Shown: positions 30,329 to 40,947 of the stretch, in pieces | Position numbering within the stretch: the first letter of the stretch is position 1 | How the letters are laid out: every line of letters starts with the position of its first letter | Assembly (NCBI GenBank): GCA_963824385.1 | Contig: CAWGPD010000001.1 | Coordinates: 96,001-160,000 of the forward strand | DNA from: an uncultured Nitrososphaerota archaeon | GTDB taxonomy: Archaea > Thermoproteota > Nitrososphaeria > Nitrososphaerales > Nitrosopumilaceae | Length of the DNA stretch: 64,000 bases | Direction of reading: 5' to 3' | Made by a program: the position numbers and the translations under genes | Notes under the pieces: generated by a model | Seen by the model: the letters and a program-made list of their open reading frames with translations, nothing else | What the model was told of the DNA's origin: nothing | The model's database searches: none

Positions 30329-31444
30329 ATGCAAAATTCCGATTCAAGAAAAGAAAATGGAAAAAAACTTGCCGAATCAAACAATCATGTTAAGAGAATT
30401 GATGAACACCATTACAAAGTAAAATCACAGTCAGGAAATGGCGAATATGATGTAGTTTCTACGGAATCTGGCTTAAACTGCTCATGCCCAGATCATATAT
30501 TTCGAAAGATATGTTGTAAGCACATTCACGCTGTTGAATTTAGTAAAAAGATTAGAGAGCATGTAAAAAATCATGTTACTGTTCAACCAATCACAGTTCA
30601 TTCATGCCAATTCTGTAAATCAGATAACATAGTCAAGAACGCTGTTAGACACAACAAGTATGGAGATCTTCAGAGGTACCTATGCAAGTCCTGTAACAAA
30701 CGATTCTCAATCAATCTAGGTTTTGAAAGAATGAAGGCTAGTCCAAAGACCATCACAAGTGCCATGCAGTTGTACTTTACAGGAGAATCGTTAAGAAACG
30801 TACAGAAATTCCTAAACCTTCAAGGCATTAACGTTAATCATGTTACAATTTACAGATGGATTGACAAGTATGTAGGTTTGATGAAGAAATACCTTGAACA
30901 AATGACACCGCAAGTTTCTGATACTTGGAGAGCAGATGAGGTTTTCATAAAAGTAAGTGGCAATCTCAAATACCTTTTTGCCATGATGGATGATGAAACT
31001 AGATTCCTAATTGCTCAAGAGGTAGCAGATTCAAAGAATAACCATGATGCTAGAAACCTATTCAGAAAGTCAAATGAGGTAGCAGGAAAGAAACCAACTA
31101 AACTAATCACCGATGGATTACCTGCATACAGAAATGCATTTTTAAAAGAATATTGGACAAGGAAATCGCCTAGAATTGAACATGAATCTCATATTACTCT
31201 CAAAGGTGATAGGAATAACAACAAGATGGAGAGGTTAAACGGAGAGATTCGGGATAGGGAAAAGACCATGAGGGGATTGAAGAAATCAGATACGCCAGTC
31301 CTTACAGGTTATCAGATCTATCATAACTACCTTAGACCTCATATGAGCTTGGATGGTAGTACACCATCAGAAATGGCAGGAATTAAAATTGAAGGCGATA
31401 ACAAATGGATTACGCTAATTCAGAATGCAAAGATAACTCAGTAA
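30329..31444 (+). CDS. IS6-family DDE transposase with N-terminal SWIM and Zn-ribbon domains
   Basis: CSCPD...CKH, CQFC...CKSC, WRADEVF / ITDG / NNKMER; clear paralogue of 26599..27729. Confidence 0.92.
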   Translation: MQNSDSRKENGKKLAESNNHVKRIDEHHYKVKSQSGNGEYDVVSTESGLNCSCPDHIFRKICCKHIHAVEFSKKIREHVKNHVTVQPITVHSCQFCKSDNIVKNAVRHNKYGDLQRYLCKSCNKRFSINLGFERMKASPKTITSAMQLYFTGESLRNVQKFLNLQGINVNHVTIYRWIDKYVGLMKKYLEQMTPQVSDTWRADEVFIKVSGNLKYLFAMMDDETRFLIAQEVADSKNNHDARNLFRKSNEVAGKKPTKLITDGLPAYRNAFLKEYWTRKSPRIEHESHITLKGDRNNNKMERLNGEIRDREKTMRGLKKSDTPVLTGYQIYHNYLRPHMSLDGSTPSEMAGIKIEGDNKWITLIQNAKITQ

Positions 31445-31640
31445 CTTTTTTTGTTACACAATCTGGACATAGAATCAACCCTGCATTGTTAGTAAGAATA
31501 CTCATTGTTGAACAATATTCTTTGAAGAATTTTTTATTTTCACCAGACCAAACATCTTGAAAGAAAAAAATACAACACAGTGGAAATTTTTCTTCAACGC
31601 CAGCATACAAATATCCATGACCGATCTTTTCTTTAGGCAT
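31410..31640 (-). CDS. Small Cys-rich passenger protein
   Basis: FPLCCI and LCPDC motifs in a 76-aa ORF. Confidence 0.5.
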   Translation of the reverse strand: MPKEKIGHGYLYAGVEEKFPLCCIFFFQDVWSGENKKFFKEYCSTMSILTNNAGLILCPDCVTKKVTELSLHSELA

Positions 31641-31928
31641 AATTATTTAGATTTTAAACGTAATAGAGATCTAAAAGTTTTGTTGTTTTTAATTTGATCT
31701 TTTTATTAAATAAGATGAATCATGAGTCAAGTTTATACGAATCAGGCTCACTGTAATACTAGATTTGCGTCACGAATGTCCAAAATGTCTTAGAACTTTT
31801 GCAACAGATGATACTACACTAGAAAAATTTGTTGGTTTTCGGCTATTTCGTGGAATAAAATATGTGCAATCTTGGTGTAGAAAATGTAGAAAAGAAGATC
31901 TACAGGAAAAACGTAAAAATCAAAAGTA

Positions 31929-32255
31929 ATGAATTGGGTAAATGATGTTACAAGATTAAGGCATGACATATTCATCACTTTCATAGAATGCAAAATATCT
32001 CAAAAGGGAAATTGGGAAAACTACACTGCCTTTGGTGATACGTACAAAGTGTTGAGGGCACTTGATAATTCAGGGGAAAATATAGTACAGATGATAGAAC
32101 CAGACGGATTGAAAAGAACGTTACTAATTAGACAGGCAGGAACGATAAGCATGAATCAGAATGTACTATCCTACAATTCTGGTTTTGTATCAGAAATAGT
32201 AGTTGATGAAAAAGAGCAATCAGGTAAAGGCAAAACTAGAGACAAATTGTTGTAA
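31929..32255 (+). CDS. Passenger hypothetical protein
   Basis: 108-aa ATG ORF with no recognisable motif. Confidence 0.5.
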   Translation: MNWVNDVTRLRHDIFITFIECKISQKGNWENYTAFGDTYKVLRALDNSGENIVQMIEPDGLKRTLLIRQAGTISMNQNVLSYNSGFVSEIVVDEKEQSGKGKTRDKLL

Positions 32256-32268
32256 TTTTATTTTAAAA

Positions 32269-32427
32269 CTAAAGTGTGGTAGAAGGTGGGCTGGGCAGAT
32301 ATTTCAATGAAAGCCATCCACATGCAGGACATTTTGTGCCAGTTAATGAACCGCCAGTTGGAACCTCTACTTCTCCAACAAATTCGCACTCGGTACGACT
32401 ACATTTGGCATTTAATTTATTTACCAT
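32269..32427 (-). CDS. Small Zn-ribbon passenger protein (52 aa)
   Basis: Manual translation MVNKLNAKCSRTECEFVGEVEVPTGGSLTGTKCPACGWLSLKYLPSPPSTTL. Confidence 0.55.
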   Translation of the reverse strand: MVNKLNAKCSRTECEFVGEVEVPTGGSLTGTKCPACGWLSLKYLPSPPSTTL

Positions 32428-32554
32428 AATTTCAGTATCGGTAACGTAGATTTAAGGATTAATCATAAAGACAAATGTTTAGGTCATCACCCGACCTGTA
32501 ACACGTAGAATTTTTGAGTGAATTTCCCATATCACCCGTGATCGCAACAGAACC

Positions 32555-32562
32555 CGAAATTA
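32555..32562. repeat. 8-bp target-site duplication CGAAATTA, copy 3
   Basis: ACAGAACC-CGAAATTA-GGTTCTGT junction again. Confidence 0.93.
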
Positions 32563-33004
32563 GGTTCTGTGTAATCTACGTGGGCTGTCATAAAATTTTC
32601 TCTGTGTTTACTTTCGGGGGCTGGCTTGCATTTCGAATTAGTGTTATCCATTTGTTATTACCTTCCACTTTGATTCCTGCCATCTCACTAGACGTCTTAC
32701 CGTTTAATGCCATGCGTGGTCTGAGGATAGAGGTCTATGCAGTAGGCAACTTCATGATTGAAGTCAAGTTATTCCTGTTATACCATAATTGATTACCGTG
32801 TAATTTTATGATCGAGTTTTCTTTCCTGAATTGTAGTCTGAATCGACCATTAGGATTTTCTATGAACACTGCAGGTATTTGGTCACATGATGCCAATACG
32901 TTATAAATAAAATTCTCTTCAGTACTTGTTTCCTCATCATATGCCCAACTCAGATTCAGGTCAATGTCTGAAAAAGGTAGACTCTCAAGTGTTATTGTAT
33001 TCAT
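32563..33004. mobile_element. Remnant of a third related element (one end only; right boundary not located)
   Basis: Begins GGTTCTGT directly after the third TSD; subterminal AAAATTTTCT..TGTTAC..TCGGG resembles the left end of element 2. Confidence 0.6.
32735..33004 (-). CDS. Hypothetical protein, probable passenger of the remnant element
   Basis: 89-aa ATG ORF in an otherwise non-coding stretch. Confidence 0.4.
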   Translation of the reverse strand: MNTITLESLPFSDIDLNLSWAYDEETSTEENFIYNVLASCDQIPAVFIENPNGRFRLQFRKENSIIKLHGNQLWYNRNNLTSIMKLPTA

Positions 33005-33219
33005 ATCTAGTAAATATCCTATTTTACGTTGAGTTTAGATCTATTTTCAGACTATTATTGACAATTTACCAAATATCGTATCACCCTAATTCTGCACAAA
33101 GGCGATTCGTAAATTATCAAGATTCGATTTTACTTGTATTTGGGATTAATGTGACCGCCCATCATGACGTATTGATGAAACATACAAAACTCAAATGTAC
33201 CACCGTCCATAGTGAAATC

Positions 33220-34155
33220 ATGGCATTTCTGTCTGTAAATGATCTTGATGTTCAATATCAGAGTCAAGGAAAAAAGATACATGCCGTAGACCACATATCA
33301 TTTTCCTTGCAAGAAAATGAGTCAATCGGGATAGCAGGAGAAAGTGGTTGTGGTAAGAGTACACTTGGTCTTGCAATCATGAAAACACTTCAGGAAAATG
33401 CAAGTGTGTCAGGGGAGATTCTTTTTGATGATAAATCAATTTTGGCCATTCCAGATCAAGAGTTTACAAAAAATATTCGATGGAAGCAGATATCCATGAT
33501 ATTTCAAGGTGCAATGAATTCTCTAGATCCCGTATTTACCATTAAAAAACAATTTGAGGAGATTTTAAAAAAACATGATTATCAAGGGGATTACAAACCA
33601 GCAATAGAGTCTGCAATATCTTCAGTCGGATTACCACGTTCAGTTTTAGACAAATATCCACATGAGATAAGCGGTGGTATGAAGCAGCGAGTCGTAATTG
33701 CGATGGCATTGATTTTAAAACCAAAGATGGTGATTGCGGACGAGCCAACCACTGCATTAGATGTATTGGTTCAAGCGCAGATCATGATAGTATTAAAAAA
33801 TCTCAAAAAAAGTGGACTTGGAATCATGTTAATATCTCACGACTTGGGCATAATTTCTGAAATTGCTGAAAAAATAGCCATCATGTATGCAGGTCAGATT
33901 GTAGAGTTTGGCATGCTATCAGAGATTTATAAAAATCCAATGCATCCCTATACGTCTGCGCTATTGAATTCAATTCCTAGGCTAGGCAATACCGTAAATA
34001 TCACGTCATTGAAGGGCAGCCCACCCAGCATGATAAACCCCCCAAGCGGTTGCAGGTTTTATGATAGATGCCCGCAAGCAATGGAAAAATGTAAGAGAGA
34101 ACCTCCCAAAATTAAAACATTATCAGGTTTTGTAATGTGTTGGTTACATGAATAA
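33220..34155 (+). CDS. dppD: Peptide ABC transporter ATPase (DppD/OppD)
   Basis: GESGCGKS, YPHEISGGMKQR, IADEPTTALD, GCRFYDRC; ATG at 33220. Confidence 0.9.
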   Translation: MAFLSVNDLDVQYQSQGKKIHAVDHISFSLQENESIGIAGESGCGKSTLGLAIMKTLQENASVSGEILFDDKSILAIPDQEFTKNIRWKQISMIFQGAMNSLDPVFTIKKQFEEILKKHDYQGDYKPAIESAISSVGLPRSVLDKYPHEISGGMKQRVVIAMALILKPKMVIADEPTTALDVLVQAQIMIVLKNLKKSGLGIMLISHDLGIISEIAEKIAIMYAGQIVEFGMLSEIYKNPMHPYTSALLNSIPRLGNTVNITSLKGSPPSMINPPSGCRFYDRCPQAMEKCKREPPKIKTLSGFVMCWLHE

Positions 34156-34194
34156 ATAATTTTTAAAAATATTTGTTAAAACAGAATTGTAGTT

Positions 34195-35139
34195 TTACTT
34201 TAGACCTGTACCGTTATAGTAAGAGTTGTAGTCGTTTAATGCATTGGTCAATGATGCAGTTTGTGCTTGTGCTATTGCTGTATTTCTATCGACGTGTACT
34301 TGTTCATTGGTAGGTGTGCTACTCAAACCATTGTAGTTTGAGGTGTAAGAGTTAAGGCTTGCGTGTTGAATTTCATTGTAGATCATTACAGCTTTTTCAA
34401 GTGAATATGCTTCTTGTGGTGGCAAATTGCGACCTCCGTAATTGAATTCACCGGTCGTCGAACCAGCCTTGAATGCATATGGACTAGTGGTGTCAGAATA
34501 TGAACCTAGGTTGACATAAACTTGGTCAGTCCTTGCAAGTGAGTTGACTAGTGCTGCGGCTTGAGCTACAGCGGTTTGTTCATTTTGATTAATCATCATT
34601 TGTCTATCATAAGTAGTAGTTTCATCGGTTGGAATGCTTTGGCCAAAGTTGTTATAATTTTGCTGAATCTTGATGAGTTGACTTAGAACATCATTTGCTG
34701 ATACAAGAGATGATGCAGTTGCACTGTTAATCATGGCAGTTCTATCTCTACCTTGTTCATCAGTAGCAGTACTAGTAAGTCCAGTATAGTCAGATGCAAT
34801 ATTTGCTAGTGGATTTGAGTGAATTCCATCAAATGCAGATATAGCATTTTGAGCAGAAAGTGTTGAAGCATCAGCAATATCTCTACCTCGGCTTGTTTCA
34901 TCAGTAGCAGTAGTGTTAAGTCCAGCCCAGTTTGTCTTTGATGCATCCATGTTAGCAAATTGGTAATAGGTATTGTACTTTTCAATAGCCGTTTGCTCGG
35001 ATGATTGCTGTCGAGCTACAATATCTGACCAAGGATCATCTGCAAAGACTAATTGGTTCAAGTATGATGAGCCTGCGCTAAATAGAAATCCGGTAATCAT
35101 TACAACGGCCAATAATTTTGAGTTCACGAATTCTCTCAT
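34195..35139 (-). CDS. Secreted protein with internal repeats
   Basis: Signal peptide; recurring GLxxTxTDE..GRD units. Confidence 0.75.
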   Translation of the reverse strand: MREFVNSKLLAVVMITGFLFSAGSSYLNQLVFADDPWSDIVARQQSSEQTAIEKYNTYYQFANMDASKTNWAGLNTTATDETSRGRDIADASTLSAQNAISAFDGIHSNPLANIASDYTGLTSTATDEQGRDRTAMINSATASSLVSANDVLSQLIKIQQNYNNFGQSIPTDETTTYDRQMMINQNEQTAVAQAAALVNSLARTDQVYVNLGSYSDTTSPYAFKAGSTTGEFNYGGRNLPPQEAYSLEKAVMIYNEIQHASLNSYTSNYNGLSSTPTNEQVHVDRNTAIAQAQTASLTNALNDYNSYYNGTGLK

Positions 35140-35221
35140 ATATTATGCCTTTTAAAACTTTGCGATGGATAGGTTTTGAGCATATGATCGCTTGATATAT
35201 TTCCAATCGTAACAAATACCA

Positions 35222-36188
35222 ATGGAAGAGATTCTATCAGTCAATAATTTAAAAAAATACTTTGTAAAAAAAGAACTTTCAGGGGCAAGTAAAGAGACCA
35301 TAAGAGTAGCAGACGGAATATCATTTTCAATAAAAACAGGGGAGACCCTGGTATTAGCTGGCGAGTCAGGCTCGGGCAAGACTACAATCGCCCGTATGAT
35401 ACTACGAGCAATAGAACCAGATTTGGGAACCATAAGTTTTGAGGGAGAAGAGATAACAAATCGTCAAGACCGCCTAAGAAAAATAAGACTTGGTTGTCAG
35501 ATGGTTCACCAGGACCCATATGCATCAATCAATCCAAGAATGACTGTTCTAGATATCGTAAGGGAACCACTAGACATTCATTCCATTGGAAATAAAAAAG
35601 AAAGAAACCAGTTAGTGTTGCAAGCACTAAGTCAGGTAAATCTAGAACCAGTAGAAGAGATTGCAGCAAAATATCCTCACATGTTATCAGGCGGACAAAG
35701 GCAAAGAGTTGCACTAGCCCGTGCAATTGCAACAAAACCAAAAGTAATCATTGCTGATGAACCCGTTTCAATGCTTGATGTATCAGTAAGAATCGGAGTT
35801 TTAGAGCTTATGAAAAATTTGCAGGAAAAGCTAAAGATTTCTTTTTTGTACATAACACATGATTTGGCCACTGCAAATTATATCGGCAACAGAATTGCAA
35901 TTTTGTATCTTGGAAAGATTGTAGAGATTGGACCAATCAATGAAATTTTATCAGGCCCACGCCACCCATATACTCAGGCACTCATAGATTCAATTTCATA
36001 TCCAGATCCAGAGAATCTAAAGAAGGACAGAAAAATTCGAATCAACGATCCCATAGATGTGGATGTGTATCAAGGCTGCAGATTCAGAGACTCGTTGTCC
36101 TCATGCTATTGAAAAATGTAAGCAGGAACCACTACTTGAAGAAATTTCAGACGGCCGTCAAGTTGCATGTTTTGTAAAGATAAACTAG
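35222..36188 (+). CDS. dppF: Peptide ABC transporter ATPase (DppF/OppF), frameshift near 36092
   Basis: GESGSGKT, LSGGQRQR, IADEPVSMLD. The shifted frame restores RCPHAIEKC...QVACF. Confidence 0.88.
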
Positions 36189-39100
36189 TTTGCTACTTCA
36201 GATACATTAGAAATTCTATGTGAGACCACATGTGATACACCATTTCTTGGAAATACACCATAAATGAGAGTTGCTTTCTTTACCACAGAGTCTTTAAGTG
36301 AAACCATAATCATCTGACTTCCTTTTGATCTATCTTCAAGTATTGTAGAGAGTCGTTCAGTGTTTAATGCGTCAAGGTGTGCATCAACCTCATCTAAAAG
36401 ATAGAAGGGGGACGGCTTTAGTTTTTGAAGAGCTAACAAAAATGTAATTGCAGCAAGCGTTTTTTCTCCACCACTAATTGATGTAGATTCTCGTTTTGGT
36501 TTATTTGGAAACTGGACCAAATATGATATACCTGATGAAAATATGTCATCTTCATTTTGAATCTCAAGCCATGCATTACCCCCAGTCATCTTGCTAAATA
36601 TTTCACGGATATCCTTGTCTACCTTATCATATGATTCCAAGAATGTCTGACGTTTGCCCTTGTCAATCTCTTCAATAAATTTGACTATAGAGTTTCTTTC
36701 TTCTTCAAGTTCATTTTTTCTTGAGGACATGGAACGATATCCGTTTGAGATTTCAACATATGTTTCAGGAGCCCTAGTATTCAAAGAGCCTGACAGATTT
36801 CTCTTCTCTGATTCCAATTCAATTAGAATTTGATCAACATCAAAGGACTCCAAAAGTGTGTCATACCCATAAGATTCTAATGTCTTTCTGATTCGGCTCT
36901 CGTTTTCTGCTAGATCCTTAATATCTCGCAATATAGAATCGGATTGTCTTTCCATGCCGTTTACCTCTTTGCTTAATGCCCTTTCAGATTCATACAGTCC
37001 TTTTAGTTTAGAATCGTATTCTTTTAGCGTGGATACAGAGGTACCAGAAGTGGATATCAGTTGTTGCTCTTTTTCTCTCAAAGTTACAAGTATCAAGTCA
37101 ACACTTTCTTTCTCTTTTGCAAGTGCCCTTGACTGGACTTCGATATCATATTTTTCATTATTTATCGATGACTGTTCCTGAGTCAAAAGCCTAACATTTG
37201 CTTTGAATGAATTTTCTTCATTTCCAAGGTTGGTCAAATTACCAGTTAACTCTCTAAACTGAGTCGAGATAGTGCTATGAGAACTTAGAAGATTAGAGCG
37301 CTTTTCATTTAATGCAGAGAGCAGACTTGCCACTCTTGTCTGGCCCTCATCGGCATAGTTTTCATTGGTAAGAGAGATGCGTTCTTCAAGAGATGCCTCG
37401 TATGATTGTAATTTGGATAGATTAACCATAATGCTCTCTTCTCTTCTTCGCAATTGAGAGATCCTTGAGGTATGTTGTTCCTCGGACAGATTTAGTGTTT
37501 TTAATTTTGCTTTGATGTCAGAAAGACCAAGGTTGACATTTGTAAACCCAGTCTCAGACGAGTTGTATCGATTATCAAGACTGTCCATAATTCTTTCAAG
37601 TTTTTTTCACTGCCCCTTTTTATTTTGAATAAATCTTCGCAATAATTCTATAGATTCAACCAGTCCATCTACTGAGGTGCTTAGTAAAATTATTTTTGTT
37701 AGGTGTGATACCTTGGAGTTTACATCAATTACAACAGCATTTGCATCAGCTTCAAAGAATTGTCCGTCAGTAGTTACTGATCTATAACCGTTCTTTGACA
37801 ACTCGTATGCTTTCTCCTTGGAATCCACAAGTACAATGTTTCCAAAAATAAAGTTCTTTAGTGACTCAAACTTTTCCTCACACTTGACAAATTCAGATAG
37901 CACTCCAAGCACTCCAGGTTCTTTAGTGATTGAGATTTTAGAGTTGGATATTGCATCAAGCGGTATTATCCTAATCTTTGGTAATTTTTTCTCTTGTGCA
38001 AATTCTGCCAGTCCAAGTAAAGTCGCAAAGTCATTTACAACCAATCCCTTGAGCCAGTCAGAACCAACTGCCAATAGTGGTCGTTCATATTGTTTATCCC
38101 ATGTTAGAATCTCAAAGACTAGGCCTTGTATTCCAAGTCGCTTTGAATCTTCTTTGAGTTTTGCAATAGAATAATCTTCATGCATTACTTCTTTTACAAC
38201 TTTGATCTTTGCTTCATATTGTGCTGCAGCCTTGCTTGCTTTTTCAAAGATCAGTGCTGTTTCTTCTATGTCTTTTTCTATCTTGACACGTCTTTCGCGT
38301 AGATTTCCAAGTCTTGATTTTAGATCATTGATTGCCTCTTCATGACCAGTTCTTACCTGACGAAGTCTTCTCTCAAGATCAAGGAGATTCTCCTTCTCAT
38401 CAAGTATGGATTTTATTCGAGAAGAGTTTTGTTCTATTTTATTTTTAATGTCACCGCGTTCTTGCTCTAGTTTTGATAAAGAAAGTTTTGTGTCGTTTAA
38501 TTGGTCTGAAAGATTTCGTATCTTTTCATCAACGCGCATTTTGTTTGTGGCAATCTGCGATTGTTGTTTTAACACCTGATTGATTTCAGAGTCTACTGAC
38601 GCAAGTTCTACATTTGCAGTCTTTCTTGTTTCATTAATCGTAGCGATGGAATTTTTTAGTTCAATTATTTGAGTTTCTAATATGGTACGTTGTTCGTTTA
38701 ATTTTGTAAGATCAGATTGAATTTCGGGCAATCTAGAATCAATCTGTGAAAGCCTTCTTGCATTTGTAGCAAGCTTACTGTTTGCAGCTTCAAATTTATG
38801 CATTGCATCTGCAAGTTCAGAATCAATTGTAGCCTTTGCTTGATTATACACATTTACTTCGTCCATGAACTTTTGTTTTTCTTCTTCAAGTTTTTTTATT
38901 TCATCTCGAAGTTGGGTACGTTGCTCATCAAATTTTTTGGATTCAGACAGGATTGAGTGCAAGTTTCGTTCTTTGGAAATTTTAGTTGATTCAATATCAC
39001 GTAGTTTATTTGAAGACTGAATAGCGTATAGCCTTTTTAGTTCCTTATCAATAACATCATATCGGAGTTGGTTGTTTCTTTCTTCTTCTAGCTCATCGAT

Positions 39101-39709
39101 GCGTTTTTTGATCTCATCCATTCTAGCAAGTGCGATCTCAAGTCTTCTGTCTGCCTCATCTAGTTGTTTTAACGACTCGGTCTTTTTTTCATCAAAATAT
39201 GCTAGCCCTATGATATCCTCGATAATCTTTCTTCGTTCTTCGGCATTAAATTCAGAGATTCTGGTGATGGTTCCCTGCTGTACAATGTTGAGTTTATGAA
39301 TGCCACAATTTGCCACCTCAAGTATATCTAAAACATGGTTTCGGAGCACCTTTTTTTGGTTTAAATAGTAAATGTTCTCTCCGTTTTCATCCATCTCCCT
39401 TGTAATTATTACAGCGTTAGAATCCACCGGAATCTTCCTGTCAGTATTATCAAAATGACAGCTTACACGCGCTATCTTGGCACCATGCTTTGCATTATCA
39501 ACATCATGCAGTAACGAACGAAGCTTGTCTACTCGCATTACCTTTGGAGAGTTTTCCCCAAGCGAAAAAGAGATGGCATCAAGTATGTTACTCTTGCCAG
39601 AACCGTTTGCCCCAGATATTGCAACCAATCCTTGCTCAAAATTTACTATAGTATTCTTATATCCAAAGGATTTGAAGCCAAAGATCTCTAGCTTGCGTAT
39701 ATGTACCAA
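36185..39709 (-). CDS. smc: Chromosome segregation ATPase SMC; in-frame TGA at 37607-37609
   Basis: GANGSGKS Walker A, hinge, ISGGEK and LDEVDAHLD. The two ORFs share a frame and total 1175 codons. Confidence 0.95.
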
Positions 39710-39791
39710 TGCATCCGATAGCGTTTGAGCTGAAATAACAGATTATTGCCAAGTTTCATTGAGCTGCTGAATAAAAATTATAATGTGAGAT

Positions 39792-40859
39792 CTAACTGTC
39801 TCGCTTGCCTTCTACAAATTCTGCAAAGGCCTTCTTTGCTTCAGCATACGGCATCTGGATAGGAGGATGTTTGAAGCAATAAGACGAGATGCTTGTCATC
39901 GGTCCTGATAGTTTTCTGTCTAGTGCAATCTTTAGTCCTCGGATTGCATCGATCATTATTCCTGCACTATTGTATGCATCAATTACTTTGAGTTTTAAAT
40001 CCAACTTGACTGGGATCTTGCCAAAATATTTTCCTTCCAAGTTTATGTAACATATTTTTTCATTATCTATAAAATCAACAAAATCACTAGGACCTATTCT
40101 CATTGGTATATCATAATCTGCCATTGCTTTTACTGCACTTGTCTTACTGATTCTTTTATCTTCCAATCTCTCTTCGTCCAGCATGTTATAGAAATCCATG
40201 TCTCCACCAATGTTTAGCTGATAAGTTCCATCAATCTGTACGCCTCTATCTACAAAGAGTTTGACAAGGGTCTTATGAACAACTGTTGCACCAAGCTGGC
40301 TCATCACATCATCACCTGCAAGCGGGATCTTTTTGTCAGAGTAAGCCTGTTGCCATTTTGGTTCTGATGCAATAAACACTGGAATTGCGTTAAGAAATCC
40401 TATCCCTGCCTCTAATGCCTGACTTGCATAATGCCTTACTGCATTAGTGCTACCTACAGGAAGATAATTTACAAGCATCTCTGCCCCGGTGTCTTGAAGA
40501 ACCTTTTTGACATTGACATCAGGCTCAGAAGAATTTGTAACAATTTGGCTCAAGTGTCTGCCTAGACCGTCAAAGGTTGGGCCTTTTTGAACAGTTACGC
40601 CCATGTTAGGGACTTCGGCTACGGTAATAGTATTATTTGGTTTTGCATAGATGGCCTCAGATACGTCTTTTCCCACTTTGGTATCTGCAACATCAAATGC
40701 TGCCACCACTTCAATATCTCCTGGTTCATATCCACCTAGGTTATAGGCTGTCAAGCCTATTGTATCACGAGTATTTTCTGAATAATATTTTGCGCCCTGA
40801 ATAATTGCAGAAGCACAGTTTCCCATACCTGCTATTGCAATCTTGATTTTCTTACCCAA
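39792..40859 (-). CDS. ino1: myo-inositol-1-phosphate synthase
   Basis: GMGNCAS, NYLPVGS, GDDVMSQLGAT, YQLNIGG, KRISKT. Confidence 0.93.
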   Translation of the reverse strand: MGKKIKIAIAGMGNCASAIIQGAKYYSENTRDTIGLTAYNLGGYEPGDIEVVAAFDVADTKVGKDVSEAIYAKPNNTITVAEVPNMGVTVQKGPTFDGLGRHLSQIVTNSSEPDVNVKKVLQDTGAEMLVNYLPVGSTNAVRHYASQALEAGIGFLNAIPVFIASEPKWQQAYSDKKIPLAGDDVMSQLGATVVHKTLVKLFVDRGVQIDGTYQLNIGGDMDFYNMLDEERLEDKRISKTSAVKAMADYDIPMRIGPSDFVDFIDNEKICYINLEGKYFGKIPVKLDLKLKVIDAYNSAGIMIDAIRGLKIALDRKLSGPMTSISSYCFKHPPIQMPYAEAKKAFAEFVEGKRDS

Positions 40860-40947
40860 CTTCGATAGACTAGCAAATAATCCATCATATTAATTACTTG
40901 TGATTCCGAACAGAGGATTTTATAGCCCAGAACTGAATTATGGAATT

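Larger units (their letters stand above)
28681..32554. mobile_element. IS6-family cargo transposon, element 2 (3874 bp)
   Basis: Perfect 25-bp TIRs 28681-28705 / 32530-32554, imperfectly extending to about 70 bp; flanked by CGAAATTA; internal transposase. Confidence 0.92.

Noticed and set aside
26599..31444. Composite transposon bounded by two IS copies
   Set aside because: The TIRs lie far from the transposase genes and pair as 24861/28672 and 28681/32554, defining two separate elements.
24861..32554. Casposon, provirus or conjugative element
   Set aside because: No Cas1, PolB, capsid, packaging ATPase or conjugation gene is recognisable.
24853..32570. ACAGAACC-CGAAATTA-GGTTCTGT as a Xer/dif or tyrosine-integrase att site
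   Set aside because: The palindromic arms are explained by abutting transposon TIRs; the first copy has only one arm, and no tyrosine recombinase is present.
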